Positions 23,401 to 35,394 of a stretch of 64,000 nt of DNA are shown here, piece by piece; positions within the stretch are counted from its first letter, which is position 1, and the number at the start of each line of letters is the position of its first letter. The stretch comes from Vicugna vicugna (lineage: Eukaryota). The position numbers were made by a program, and so were the translations under genes. A model generated the notes under the pieces. The model was not told where the DNA came from and did no database searches. It worked only from the letters and a program-made list of their open reading frames with translations. The DNA is taken from NCBI GenBank assembly GCA_013265495.1, contig MU057999.1, positions 930,001 through 994,000 of the forward strand, given 5' to 3'.

Positions 23401-24235
23401 CTGGGCCAGTGACTTGCAGAGATAAAGGAAATAAAGCCAGTGACGGTGAACGGATCCATGAATAAATGAATTATCTGCAAATTCCAGTCACTAATATCCT
23501 TATTACCCTGTGGCTTGCACAACAGTAGAGACTCTTAGGAAGGAGCCTCCTCAGTCCAGAGGACAGTGGGCTGGCCTTTTCTGGGATGCAGCCCTGCCCT
23601 GCATCAATGCAGAAAGCACGCAGTCACCTGGCAAGCCTTGGTCTTCTTCACAGGGTGAGCTACAGAGCCAAGCCTCCTTGATTTATAACATACATTTGTC
23701 CTGTCTCCAGATCACCTTCTCTTGGCTTCAGTCCAGAATTCCAAACCCCCATGATCGGTCTGAGTGAATCTGAACTCACTCGCCGGCATTTTAGTCATTT
23801 CCTCCAGCTTTCTGTCACTTCCTGATTTGATATACATTCCGTTAAATAATTTCTCTCCACTTTATGGATTCAGATGTTGATTAGGTCAGGACCAAGGGCA
23901 GCGCCAGGTGATGCCATCCCATTTCTCACGGGTGACAAGATACAGTTATTTAACAGAATTATTACTAATGGGATGGCTGAGGTCTCAGCCAACCATCACG
24001 TCTATGCTGAAATCATGAGGGGCTCAGTTGCTCTGCTGATACCAGGATGACCGGGACTGTGGGAAGAGTCCGTAGGGGGCAAACGGGAAAGCTACTGTCA
24101 GTGCTGGGGGTCTGACCACCAAGGAGGAAGTAGCTTGTGCAGTGGAAGTCGGGGGCAAAGCACTGGCTTGGTATGTGGAACTGAAAGAAGAGAGAACGAT
24201 GGGTGCCTTCAGACATGTGGGTATAATTCAAGAAT

Positions 24236-24470
24236 AGGAATAATAGATCTACACATAGTGCTTACTGTGTGTCGGACACTGTCCTCTGCAAGCGTGAACT
24301 CATTTCATTCTCACACATCCTATGAGGCAGGTGTACTTCTCATCCCCACTTTAAGATGAGGACATGGAAGCACAGAAAATGGTTAAATAATTTACACTGA
24401 GTCATACCTCCGGGGTTTAAAGCCAAGACTGCTGGCTCTAGAGTGTGTGCTCTAAACCACTGGACTCTGT
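24236..24470 (-). mobile_element. Near full-length MIR SINE
   Basis: 'tagtgcttactgtgtgtcggacactg...ctcatttcattctcac..cctatgaggcagg...ccccactttaagatgagg...ctctagagtgtgtgctctaaaccact'. Confidence 0.9.
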
Positions 24471-25092
24471 AGTCTTGGAAAGTTCAACCTCCATCATATT
24501 ATTGATTCCAAAGAGTCCACTGGCATGTTCAGGTTCTAGGAGAAAGATTTGGCTAATCCCAGGGACTCCAGATGTCAGGGCACTCTCTCCAGGGCCAGCT
24601 GTCCCTGTGGAATCTTCTCTCAGCCAAGTAGGGGAGGTGGAAGTGACCGCAATGAGGTGTTGTCTCCAAAGGCGTCTGTCTCATCCTGTTCTGAGTGTGC
24701 GGAGGCATTTCCCAGCCGGGTGGGGGTCATCCAGGGACAGCGAATGGTCCAGGGTTAGTGGGAGGAGTTCTGGGTCAAGGGAGCACTTTGCCATCAGCGG
24801 ACACCTTGGTCTTCAGTTGCTTCACCTGTGACGAGACGAGGTTGATCTAGAGGACAAAACTTCAGTGTAGTGACTTTCTTACGTAAAGGTTCAGTAGGTC
24901 CTGAGGTGGGGGAACTTAAGTCACAGCCTGGGTGTCAGCAAGATCAGTGCATTCAGTAGACAGGTGTGGTCAACAGGGAGGTGGACTTGCCTTCCATCAC
25001 ACTCTGTTGCTGTCACTGGGCCCGGCGTTGTCTGGGGAAGGGAAGCGGCACAGATCCACATCCTTCGTTAGATCCAGGAGCAGATGTGAGGG

Positions 25093-25226
25093 CAGCGATT
25101 CTCAGCCCTGGCTGTGATCAGCATGTCCTGGGAAGCTTGGAAGTTCTCCAATGCCCCGGTCCATCTGCAGAGCCCGATTCAGCCCTCACAGGTTGGTGGA
25201 GATCTGGATCACCGGCTGAGCCATTG
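25093..25226. mobile_element. MER5-type hAT-Charlie MITE (degenerate)
   Basis: Starts 'cagcgattctcagccctggctg', ends 'gctgagccattg'. Confidence 0.55.
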
Positions 25227-25799
25227 AAGGACCCAGAGCCCCCAGAAGCTTTGAAGGAGGATGGGGCCCAGGCTCTTACATTTATACCAGTTTTTTTTCC
25301 TGGACTGATTCTGATCATCATCAACTTGAGAACTAGATCTGGGGTGTGGTTCACATTCACTTCTTAGAGCTCTGGGCGTTTCATTGTGCAAGGAAGGTGA
25401 TACCATCTGTGGGCTCTCCTGGATTTGGCTGTTAGAAGTGCAGAGAGCAGCAGAGGACAGAGAAGCCAGGCAGGACTCAGTGAGCTCAGTCAGAGACTGG
25501 CAACACTCAGGATGGGCCACCGCCCAAGCTGCATGCACAGCATGGCACGGAGGGCAGAGCCCTGGAGAGATCCTGAGCATTTGCAAACTGCCAGAGAAGT
25601 TTCTTAACAGAACACATTGCAAGGTTTTTCTAACATCCTGCTAATGGAAAAGCAGTTTTCAGTGGACCTAAAAGTAGTTAAATTTTTACCCAGCTCATCT
25701 CCCACTTTGACTTCTTTTTGCCTCATTTTCATTATATTTTTCCTTAGGATTTATACAATCTAAGAACTAATTAGAACATCACATTGATCTGTTACTTGA

Positions 25800-27540
25800 G
25801 ACAAAGACAGACCTTTCTGATTATATTTTTATTTTTTTTAAGAACTTTTTTTGTGAAATTGGTACAAACCCATTATTTGTTTTTTCAATCAAGTAATTTA
25901 CAAATGTACCCGCGCCCCCCAAAAAAGAAAAAAATTACTTTGAATTCCACCATAGAGAAGAAATTAACATTTGGTGAATATCACCACAGCTTGCTCTCTG
26001 ATGGAGTGATAGCTAATTAGGTAAATTGAAACACTTTTACAAAAATAGAATCTTACTGTACATATTTTTAAATTAAAAGCAATTTGTTTAGTTTGATTTG
26101 AATTTAATAGACGAAACAATTAAAACGAAACTTCAAAAATTGCTGAAGTTCAAAAATAGTTTTCTTCCTTCCAAGCTACTTCAATTTTCTGTGGTTATTC
26201 ACTTATTTGGGAGGAAGATGGGATTTATTCCCAGTTTTAAAATTGCACAGTGTCTCTTGATCTGCTACTCACCACCCCCAGCTCTGGATTTCTCTCGCGA
26301 CTATTTTCACATCGACGAGGCTTGTAGCATTTGCGTCCTGCGCTGTGCTGTCATGCCCAGGGCCTTACTTTCCTTCCCTCGACTCACCTGCCATTGCCTG
26401 ACCTTCACCAGTGTTTCTCTATTTCAGAGCAGTGGTTCTCAAACCTTAAAGTCTATACGAACCGCTTGGGGATTTGGTTGAAATGCAGGTTCTGGTGCTG
26501 TACGTCTGAGTTGGAGTTTGTATCTCTGACAAGCTCCGTTACGATACTAATGCTGCTTCCAGAGCCATGTTTTGATGGACAGGTTCTAAAATTCTTTGTT
26601 TACCTCTTAGCTGACCGGATTGCATCCTCTGATCTCTGCCGCCTCCCTCTCCCCTTGCTGTGTTCTCTGTAATGTGGTGTTCTTAAAAATGCTTGGATGT
26701 ACCTATTTGTGTGCATGGTGTGAGGAGCAAGCTGCCTGGCTTTAAAATACAGGGGTGACATACATTCTTTTGCTCAGAATTGTAGGCATTTTTCAGTGTC
26801 TTCTGGTTTTGAACTCTGCTGTGGCCAGTTTAGGGTGAGCCTGAGTTTTACCTTTTTAGGGTGCCTTGCCTTCCTCCACCTGGCCTCCAGAGGATTCCTT
26901 CTTTGCCCTTGAGGTTTGATGATTCACCAGGATGTGCCTTGATTTGGTCTTGGGATGTGTTTTGACTTTTTGAGATGGCAGTGTCAAGTCTTTTATTCAG
27001 GAAGCCTTTCTGCTGTCGGCCTTGGAACAGTCTGTACTTTCCTTCTGGATTCTCCCCTGCAGAGCACTGATGAGCGTTGTGGGTGGGGGCATAGCGAGGC
27101 GCCTTTTGCCCCTGGTTCTGTGGGCTGTTTCCCTGCCTTCTCTGCAGTCTTCTGGAAGTTTCTCTTAGTGAGGAGCTTTAGCCCGGGGGCAGGAAGAAGC
27201 AGAGACAGAAGACAAAAGAACACCCCCGTGCCAGTCCCGCACCTCCCCCTGCACCTCGGTTCTCATCTCACTGCAGGACCTTTCTGCAGGATGCAGCATT
27301 TCCTCTGGGGAAATTCAAAACTTGCCCGGAGTCTGAGGAAGTTTGTGTCAGCTTTCAACATTCTTCCAAATTTCTCTGCATTTTCTACTACGCAGTTTGT
27401 AGTGGTGGCTGTTTCTTTGTTTTAGTAAAGGCTGATCTTTGTTCTCTTCCTACAAGAAAAAGCCCTTTTTCTTTGTGCATTTAGCTAGAGACATGTGGGA
27501 GGAGATAGAAGGCTTCAGAAATGACTTCACTTTCCTCCAC
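25800..27540 (-). mobile_element. Decayed ancient L1ME/HAL1-type block
   Basis: T-rich; motifs 'aaatagaatcttactgtacata', 'ttctttgcccttgaggtttgatgattcaccaggatgtgcct', 'ttttattcaggaagcctttct'. Confidence 0.5.
26430..26583. mobile_element. MER5A-type hAT MITE
   Basis: 'cagtggttctcaaacctt...gttgaaatgcaggttctgg...ttgtatctctgacaagctcc..gatactaatgctgct'. Confidence 0.75.
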
Positions 27541-29199
27541 CTTTCTGTCTAAGCCAAGGCCAAGATGTGGTTCAACTTGTTTCATGTTTAATTGGCTTTT
27601 TTCTTCTCCTTTTTTCCTAATTAACATGGCTATTGGAGGGGACATCTGACCAACAGGTTCCTGGCCCTTTGTCCTTGCTGCTCTGGTTCCCGTAGCTGGA
27701 GCTGCTCAGTTCTGGGGTTCCCTTGAGCTGACTCCCTCAGAGAGGAGAAAAACTTCAGCCCAACCTTCTCAGCTCGTTTCTCTGCAAAGACTTTTATTGG
27801 CAAGCCAGGGGGAGGTTGAACACCACTGAACCCACCGACCCGACTCTTTGGGTCAGAGCCACGTGCACCACCATCACATGTGCCATTGTTTGCATATCTG
27901 TGCTTGATTAGGAAGCATGGAAATTTGGCTGGAAATACTTCAGGGTGACACAAACCTCCCTTCTTCAGTACAGGTTCAAGTCATGGCATCATAATGCATG
28001 CAGCACACTTCAGAGTGAAGGCCATTTGGTCTCCCAAGTCATCCCCAACTTTGCCTGTTTAGGATTGTGCTGAACAGGACAGGCGATGTCCCCACTTTCA
28101 AGAAAGAAAAATTGCGGGCACAGAAGTGGGAGTCACAGACCCAACCTTGCATATGCCTAGAAATACAAAACAGGTGACGGCAATCCTCTGTCTCAGGACC
28201 TTGGTAAGTTACTAGGGGATTGAGGAAAGTGCAAAGGTTTACCTCTGTTGCAAACTCATGTGTGGTCCGCCCCATGATCCCCCATCCCTCCAGCGATGCT
28301 CGTCCAGACAGCTGTGAAATCAGCCCTGTCAGGGACGATGGGCGGTGAGCAGATTGCAGGCACTGGGAGGGGCAGCCCGACCTGCTGTCTTACCATAGCA
28401 TGCCGCAGAGTCTGTATGTCGGAGGACACATCTGGGAAAGCTGGCAGCAGATTTAGACAGATACCCTTAGGGTGAGAGCAGGGGCCGGGAAAAGGAGGAG
28501 GTGTCAGCCACCAGGCTGAGAATCCTGGGGCTAAGCTCCGCTAGGGGAGAAAAGTGAGTCTGTCCAGACCTCTGCCTCCAGCCAAGACGGCAACCACTCC
28601 TTCCCCAGCCCCCAGCCTGGAGCTTGGAAGCAGCCTCGTTCTCTAAGGGTGCTTTATCTTCTTCTCAAATGTCTCCCCCAAGACGGTGTCCTCAGCCTCC
28701 CTCAGGACCCAGAGGCTAAAGTTATAACTGCCACCGTTTCCTCCTGTGTACTAAGCATGTTGTAAACACTAGATTGTAAAATCGACTCAGTTACACGCCA
28801 AGCAAGAGAGTTTATTCCTGCTTCAGTTCAGCTGGTTTTCAGAGTCTGATGGAATGAAGTCATTCCGAAGGTTGAAGAGGGGGTTCTGTGTTGTTGTGGA
28901 CACATGTTTGGTGGGGGGAGGGGAAAGGGCACTGTCGAGCATCTGAACACCCTGCTTGGAGGGGGCTGGGGCGGTAACTCCTTGGGACTCAGAAAACCTG
29001 AAGGGCCCAGGTGGCCTTCCTCCCACCTCTGGGGAGCTAGGGCATGGACGCTGGACCTCAGCTCAGCCACCTGGATGCTTGTGACTTAAGGCTTTGACTT
29101 TTGAGGGGGCGACTCGGAAATTCAGGAGAGCTGGGACAATTAAGTCCCGGCAGCTGCATGTGCATCTGCATCAAGCCTTTGGAGGGCGGGCAAGGCAGA

Positions 29200-29395
29200 G
29201 GGGCCATCAGGAATGTCTAGCCAGGTCCAGACCCTCCCTGAGATGCAGCCTGGCCTGCCTTGCCTCCCGCCCCGCCTCGCTGATGATTCTGAGCACTGCT
29301 CCCTAGCGTTCCCAAAGGCTGCCTCCCTTTTCGGTTAGTTTCACTTAACCACAGTCAGTTTCTGTTGCTTGCAGCCAGGACTCCTCACTGATACA
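29200..29395 (+). mobile_element. Old MLT1 (K/L/M-like) LTR 3' part
   Basis: Ends 'cttaacc...gtttctgttgcttgcagccagga.tcctcactgataca', a typical MLT1 terminus. Confidence 0.65.
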
Positions 29396-29504
29396 GGACT
29401 GGTGCTGAGTTTAGAGCTGGCCAAGTGTTTCTCAGGGGAAGGCTACTTCTAGCAGGAAGACCAAACTGTGGAGGAGGTTGGAGGAGATAGAAGAGTGCCC
29501 ACGT

Positions 29505-29612
29505 GTAATTCAGTGAAGGGCTACTGAGTGTGTGCTGGTGGCAGGCACCGTGCTAAACACTAGGTCCTCATGGAGCTTTTGCACTGGTGGAGGGAGGAGA
29601 CAGGCCTGTGCG
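29505..29612 (-). mobile_element. LINE-2 3' fragment
   Basis: 'tactgagtgtgtgctggtggcaggcaccgtgctaaacact..cctcatggagctt...ggagacag'. Confidence 0.6.
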
Positions 29613-31694
29613 GCTTCCAGATCACCGTTCCAGATGGGCCCCATTTGGAAGGCGGCCTGCCTGGTGGAGTGTGTGCCATCCATTCACTCAGCAGGTGCTC
29701 GGCTGGCCTTTGTGGAGTGTCAGGTAAGGTCCTGGCATTCGACAATGGCGACTGAGCCAGAGCCCAGCTTTCATGTAGACACAAACCACCCACTCCTTCA
29801 TCGGTTGTCATAGCTATTTCTTTCTGGTTTTATTTTCCTTTCTTTTTATTTAATAGACCTCCAGAGGGAGAGAATTGCTGGTCACAGCCAACCACAGATT
29901 TACCTTCTGCCTTTCAGTGTGAAGGGACACTGGGCTGCAAGGTGTTTATGTATTTGTGGGGGGTGTTAGGAACCCCCATGCAGCAGCCAGGCCCTGGTCC
30001 TGACTCCTCCTTTGCACAGCCATCCCATTTTGGCCCAGAACCTGACTGCATCCTTCTGCAGTGGTGAGGCCGTGCTTTCTGACAGGCAGAGTTGAGGCCC
30101 CTCCTACTCAGCCCCGTTGTGCTCCATCCTAAATGGGTCCAGGTGGGGGCGATTGGGAGACTGAAGGGCCTTCACTTTGGAGTGTGCTGCATGTATTATG
30201 ATGCCACGGCCTGAAACTGTACTGAAGAAGGAAGGTTTGGGTCACCCTAAAGTACTTCCAGCCAACCTTCCCTGTTCCCCAGTCAAGCGCAGGTCCGCAA
30301 ATAATGGTGCGCGTAATGATGCTGGCTTTCGCCCAAGAAGCTGAGTCAGTGGGTTCGGTGGTGTCAGCCTTTCTCCTGGTTCACCATTTGCCGTTAGAAC
30401 ACCCTTTGCGGAGAAACGAGCTTGGGCTGAAGTGTATTCCCCCGCTAAGTGTGGAGGAAGGCGCTGGAGAGTTTGCAGGAAGGAGTGAATGATCTAACTG
30501 GAGTGAAACAATTGTACTAATCACTGCGACAGCTCCCCCCTGCCAGTGCGCACGGAGAACTGGCTGCAGTGGAGTCGGTGGGAGGGGAGACCTTCAGGGC
30601 ACTGAGGCCGAGAGGGGCCTGTTGTCTCTCCAGTGGCCACCCAACACGTGAGTGACAGGCAGAGTCCTGCCCCACCCGGGGCCTGGCCGCCTGGTGGGGG
30701 CCCTGTCCTCCCGCTCAGGCTCAGGTGTGCCATCCTGGGCGGGCAGTGTTCCCCTCCCCAGGGAAACTGATAGCTTTGTTCTCTTCTCTCACGATCAGAA
30801 TGGGAACTTCACTCAGCAAGCATGGCTGGCATCCCGTCCCTTCAGACTGCCTGTGTGCTGACTTCTCCGGGCCCTGGCCAGGAGTGTGTCACTCCAGAGT
30901 GGCCTGGACGGCCCTCCCCTGGCCTGGGCCTTGGCCAGCACCTCTCTCCCTCCCTCCTCTCCAAGCGGCAGCTGAAGACCTGGAGCTTTAGGGGGCGGAG
31001 GAGGCAGAATTGGCAGACTTTGTCCTCAGGCGGGCTGGGAAAGATTGTTTAAATTTAGGCCTTACCCTCCCAGAGTGAAAATAAGTTATTTTTATGTGAG
31101 CAAGTATTTGTTATTGAATTAAATACAAGTCCAGGGCACCTCTCTGAACTGATGGCTTGGGTTACAGAGTGGAGGAGGCCTGCGTCATCCGGGCGCCCCT
31201 TTCGCGGCCACACTGGCTTGGCAGCGTCCCCCCCTCATCCCGACACCCCCCCATGCTCATCCATCTCGATGTCCCCCGCAACTTTGTCAAACATAACGTG
31301 AAAGGAAGGGAAATGAAAAGAAAACAAAAGAAGAGATTTTTCCAAGAGGTGAAATCAGATTTATCCTGAGGTAATTAAATGTGGAGAAAGCCCAGAACAA
31401 AGGATTGCAAATAGTGTGTGTGTGAGAGGGAGTGAGAGAGAGAGAACAAATTATCATTTCCAGGGCAGCCTTCTGATTCATCTCAGATTCAGATGCCGGT
31501 GAGGTGGAATCAGCCAGGGAGGCTGAACAGGGCTTTGTGTGGCCTCGGCCAACTGCTCGGGTATCCGAGCACCTGCACACACCGCGTCAGCCCCGCAGCG
31601 CCTCGGTAGGAAAGCCACCCTCCACTCCCTTTCTAGTCAGGCTTCGCCGTCACCTCCCTGCAGAAATGACCTTCCCTGTCCGGGGCCTCACCCG

Positions 31695-31856
31695 AACTTT
31701 TCTGTCTGTCTCATCTACTAGAAGCTGAATAGGTTGGGGTCAAGGACCGACTCTTCTATGGTCTTTTACTGTGGTATTCCCAAGTGCTCACCGCAGGACC
31801 TGGCCTACTGGGGTCAGTCTGTATGTGTTTGTTGAATGAATAAATGAATGAATGGG
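31695..31856 (+). mobile_element. LINE-2 3' end
   Basis: 'tctgtctgtctc...ctgtggtattccc..gtgct..cagga.ctggc...gtttgttgaatgaataaatgaatgaat'. Confidence 0.85.
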
Positions 31857-32951
31857 TGACTGGGCACAGGATGGACCCTCAGACATCCAGACACGTTAAG
31901 GCCGTCTCACTGCTGTCCTTGACAGGTGTGTCCACTATGCCTGGGCTGTGAGGTGGGCTGTGATGGGAGCCCTGGGGGGGACGGGGAAGGGGGAGAAGCA
32001 ATGCGGTATGAGGTGGTGCTTAAACTGGGCCTGGACAGATGGACTGGGCCCGTCATGAGGGAGGCTGGCACTTCCAGGCAGGCAGTAGTCACATCCATCC
32101 TCCCCACACTCTGCCCGACTTAGACCGTGGAGGTATGGGCCCTCCGAGGGACGGTGCTGGCGAGGGGCCAGCAAGGCCTTTCGGTGACTTTGATGGGGCG
32201 CTGAGCGAGGACCGAGCCCCTCGGGAGGCGTTCTGGGAGCGTGGTCTGCATAGCCCTTCCGACCCTCTTCCTGCCTCTGTGACCTTTGTGGTGCTGTGAG
32301 TTCCTTCTGTAATGGCCTTGCTCTCCTTCCTCAGTGACCAGGTCACATGTCACCTTCCTCTCTTTAGCAGATTCTTGATACCTCTGCTCCCCCCGTAACC
32401 ACTGCCTGCCCTGTGTCATGGTTACGCTGCTCTGCCTCTTCCCATGAGGTCCACGAACCGCACAGGACCCGGGTGGCATCTCGTTCAGTTTGCCTCGTGG
32501 CTGCTGCATACACACGGGGCTTAGCTCCTTGACGGCCCAGTCTCCTGATGCCTTCTGAGTGACACTGCGTGACAGGGATTATACCTGGCCTTCGTGTGGG
32601 GGTCTCATTTCTTCCTCAGCACTGGAGAAGAGTGAGTCTTGCCAGCTGATGGAGATGGAACGATAGAAATTCCAGGCTGAGGCCGTGCCTTGGAGAGGCT
32701 GAGGCCTGGGAGCCAGGGGAACCGAGGCAGTTTGGGGTAAGTCTGCCTGAGAAACTGTGTGTTCAGATGATCTGGCCTTTTTACCAAGGTTTAACCGTCG
32801 CAGCCCGCCCAGCCTAGCTCTGTGTGCAGTGCCACACAACACACAGAGGCCCCTAAGGTGCTCCCCTGGCCCCAGCCCTCCGCTCCAGCACAGGAGGGCT
32901 GCCCACCGCCCCACCTCTTCCACGGGCCTGAAATTCCACCATGAGACATTC

Positions 32952-33481
32952 TTTTTTTAAATTGTAGTAAAACACTCAGAATTTAAATCTTCCCATCTTA
33001 ACCATCCTTAAGTGTCAAGTTTAGTGGTACTAAGTTCATCTATATTGTTGTACAGCCATCGCCGCCCTCCACCTCCAGAACTCCCTTCATCTTGTACAAC
33101 AAAAACTCTGCACCGGTTAAGCAATAGCTCCCCATGACCTCCTCCCCCCGGCCCTTGGAAACCACCATTTTACTTTTATCTCCCCCTTTCCTCCATGCCC
33201 CAGTCTCTGGTGATGACTGTTGTACTGTTACTGTGAGTTTGGCTTTTATATGTATGTTCCGTTTCTGTATAAGTGAGATCATGCAATATTTGTCTTTCTG
33301 TGTCTGGCTTATTTCACTTGGCATAATGTTCTCCAGGTTCATCCATGCTGTCCCAAATGGCAGGATTTCCTTCTTGTTTTAAAGCTGAATAATATTCCAT
33401 TATATGATAGAATGCACACACACATATCACAGTTATATACAATGGAATGTGTATATATCAATATATATCACATTTTCTTTA
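32952..33481 (-). mobile_element. L1MA/MB-type 3' end with perfect 18-bp TSD
   Basis: TSD accatgagacattctttt at 32938-32955 and 33482-33499; minus ORF 'MNLENIMPSEISQTQKDKYCMISLI' resembles the L1 ORF2p C-terminus. Confidence 0.9.
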
Positions 33482-33677
33482 ACCATGAGACATTCTTTTC
33501 ACTGAGTTTTAAAGGTTCTTTAGTCTTTAATGTGTTCTTTGTTAGAATAAACAGCACTTTAGGAAAAAAAAGACCTCCAGGGGCATCAGTGTTGCCAGCT
33601 TCATTATTCTTTGAGAGACTCGGCCCCCAGAGGTAAGACGCCTAGGTGAGCTGGAGTATACAACACCCCGCTGTCAG

Positions 33678-34031
33678 TGCTGCGGTCTGAGTGTTTGTGT
33701 CGCCCCCAAATTCAAATGCTGAAATCCTAACCCCTAAGTTATGGTGTTAGGAGATGGGACATTTGGGAAGTAATCAGATCACAAGGGCGGCGGGACCCTC
33801 ACAAATGGGATTCGTGGCTTTAGAAAAGGGGTTCCAGAGAGTTCCTGCACCCCGTTGGCCATGTGAGCATAGGATGAGAAATCTGTCACCGGAAGAGGGT
33901 TCTTACCAGACCATGTTGGTGCCCTGATCTCAGATCTCTAGGCTCCAGAACGATGAGAAAAAAAGATTTCTTTTGTGTATAAGCCACCAGTCTGTGGTGT
34001 TTTGTTACGGCAACCTGTACAGTCTGAGACA
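33678..34031 (+). mobile_element. MaLR solo LTR (MLT1A-like), full length
   Basis: TG...CA ends, 'ccccaaattcaaatgctgaaatcctaacccc', 'tataagccaccagtctgtggtgttttgttacggca'; 5-bp TSD gtcag/gccag (1 mismatch). Confidence 0.9.
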
Positions 34032-35024
34032 GCCAGGCTGGCCGAGCAGGGTGGGGCTGCCTCTGGGAGGGTGTGTGGGCCTTGAAAACTACCTCTACCC
34101 CAGGACGATGGGAGGAGGGAGAGCGTGTGGGGGCGGGGCTGGGGGGGATGCAGGCAAAGCGGATACCAGCTGTCAGCGAAACTGCATCGCCATCACTCAT
34201 TCTTACGGCCAAAGACTTGCCTGTCCGTGAATATTCCAGAGAAATACCATTTTTTGTTTTCAAATTACAGAAATAAAATATGCCTATTGTAGAAAACATG
34301 GGAGATACAGGAAATGAAAAGAAAAATGAAAATCACCCAGAATGCCACCACCTAGAGATCATTTCTGCCAGCCTCTCGGTGTATTTCATTCCAGCATTGC
34401 ATGTGTACAGGGTCATATTGTAAGCAATTTTATATCCTTCATCCACCGAACATTACATTGTGATCATTTTCCCTGTCATTAAATTTATTTGAAAACATCA
34501 TTTTTAATGGCTGCATAATATTCAGTCCTGTGGCTGATCCATAATTTATTTAACCATTTCTCCCTTTTTGAGCACTTACGCTCACTCTAATCTATGGATA
34601 TTGTGAATGTCCACAAATAGTGATGCTGTGAACATCTCACACATAAATCCTTGGGCACTCTGTGCTGATTTCTTGAGGACAGATTCCTAACCGTGGAATA
34701 AAGGACCTGGGTGCTGATTCTCAAGCTGATTTCCAGCAAGGTCTCCAGAGGAAGGCTTTGGCGCAGTGGATGAGAACATCCTTGCTCTGGCCGCTCCTTC
34801 TGCACTGAGCATTACTGTTCCTTAAATCTCTTCTAACTTGATAGCATAGACACTGTTTGTTAGTTTCCTAGTCATTTATTGCCTGCTCATTGATTTTGCC
34901 CAATTTTTCCAATAGGGTGTCACTGTTTGCTTAACTTACTAAATTGTCCCCTATATATAAAGATTATTCACCCTTTCCCAAATATGTTACAAATATTTTC
35001 CCAGTTGATTATTTGCCATTCAGT

Positions 35025-35394
35025 TTTTTATATCAGCTGTACTGAGATCTGATTCACTTACCATACCATTCACTCCTGTTAAAGTGTACAAGTCAATGGT
35101 TTTTAGAATCTTCCTCTGTTGTGGGTGTGGTGCAGCCATCACCACAATCAATTTTAGAACATTTGCATCATCCTAAAAAGAAACCCCATACCCATCAGCA
35201 GTCACTCCCCGTTTCACCTCCACTCCCCTTGCCCCCAGCACCTAGCAACCACTGATCTACTTCTGCTTCTATGGACTTGCCTCTTCTGGACACTAGTATA
35301 AAGAGAAGTGGGCATACGTAGTCTTTTGTAACCAACTTCTTTCATTTAGCAGAACGTTCTCAAGGTTGTAGTATATCTCAGTACCTCAAGGGAA
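35025..35394 (-). mobile_element. L1MB-type 3' end nested in L1ME, 9-bp TSD core
   Basis: 'gcagccatcaccacaatcaattttagaacattt.catca.cctaaaaagaaacccc'; tgccattca at 35014-35022 and 35395-35403. Confidence 0.85.

Noticed and set aside
27883..27897. SOX-OCT composite element (cattgtttgcatat)
   Set aside because: The octamer half has two mismatches, and an isolated motif of this quality is expected by chance.
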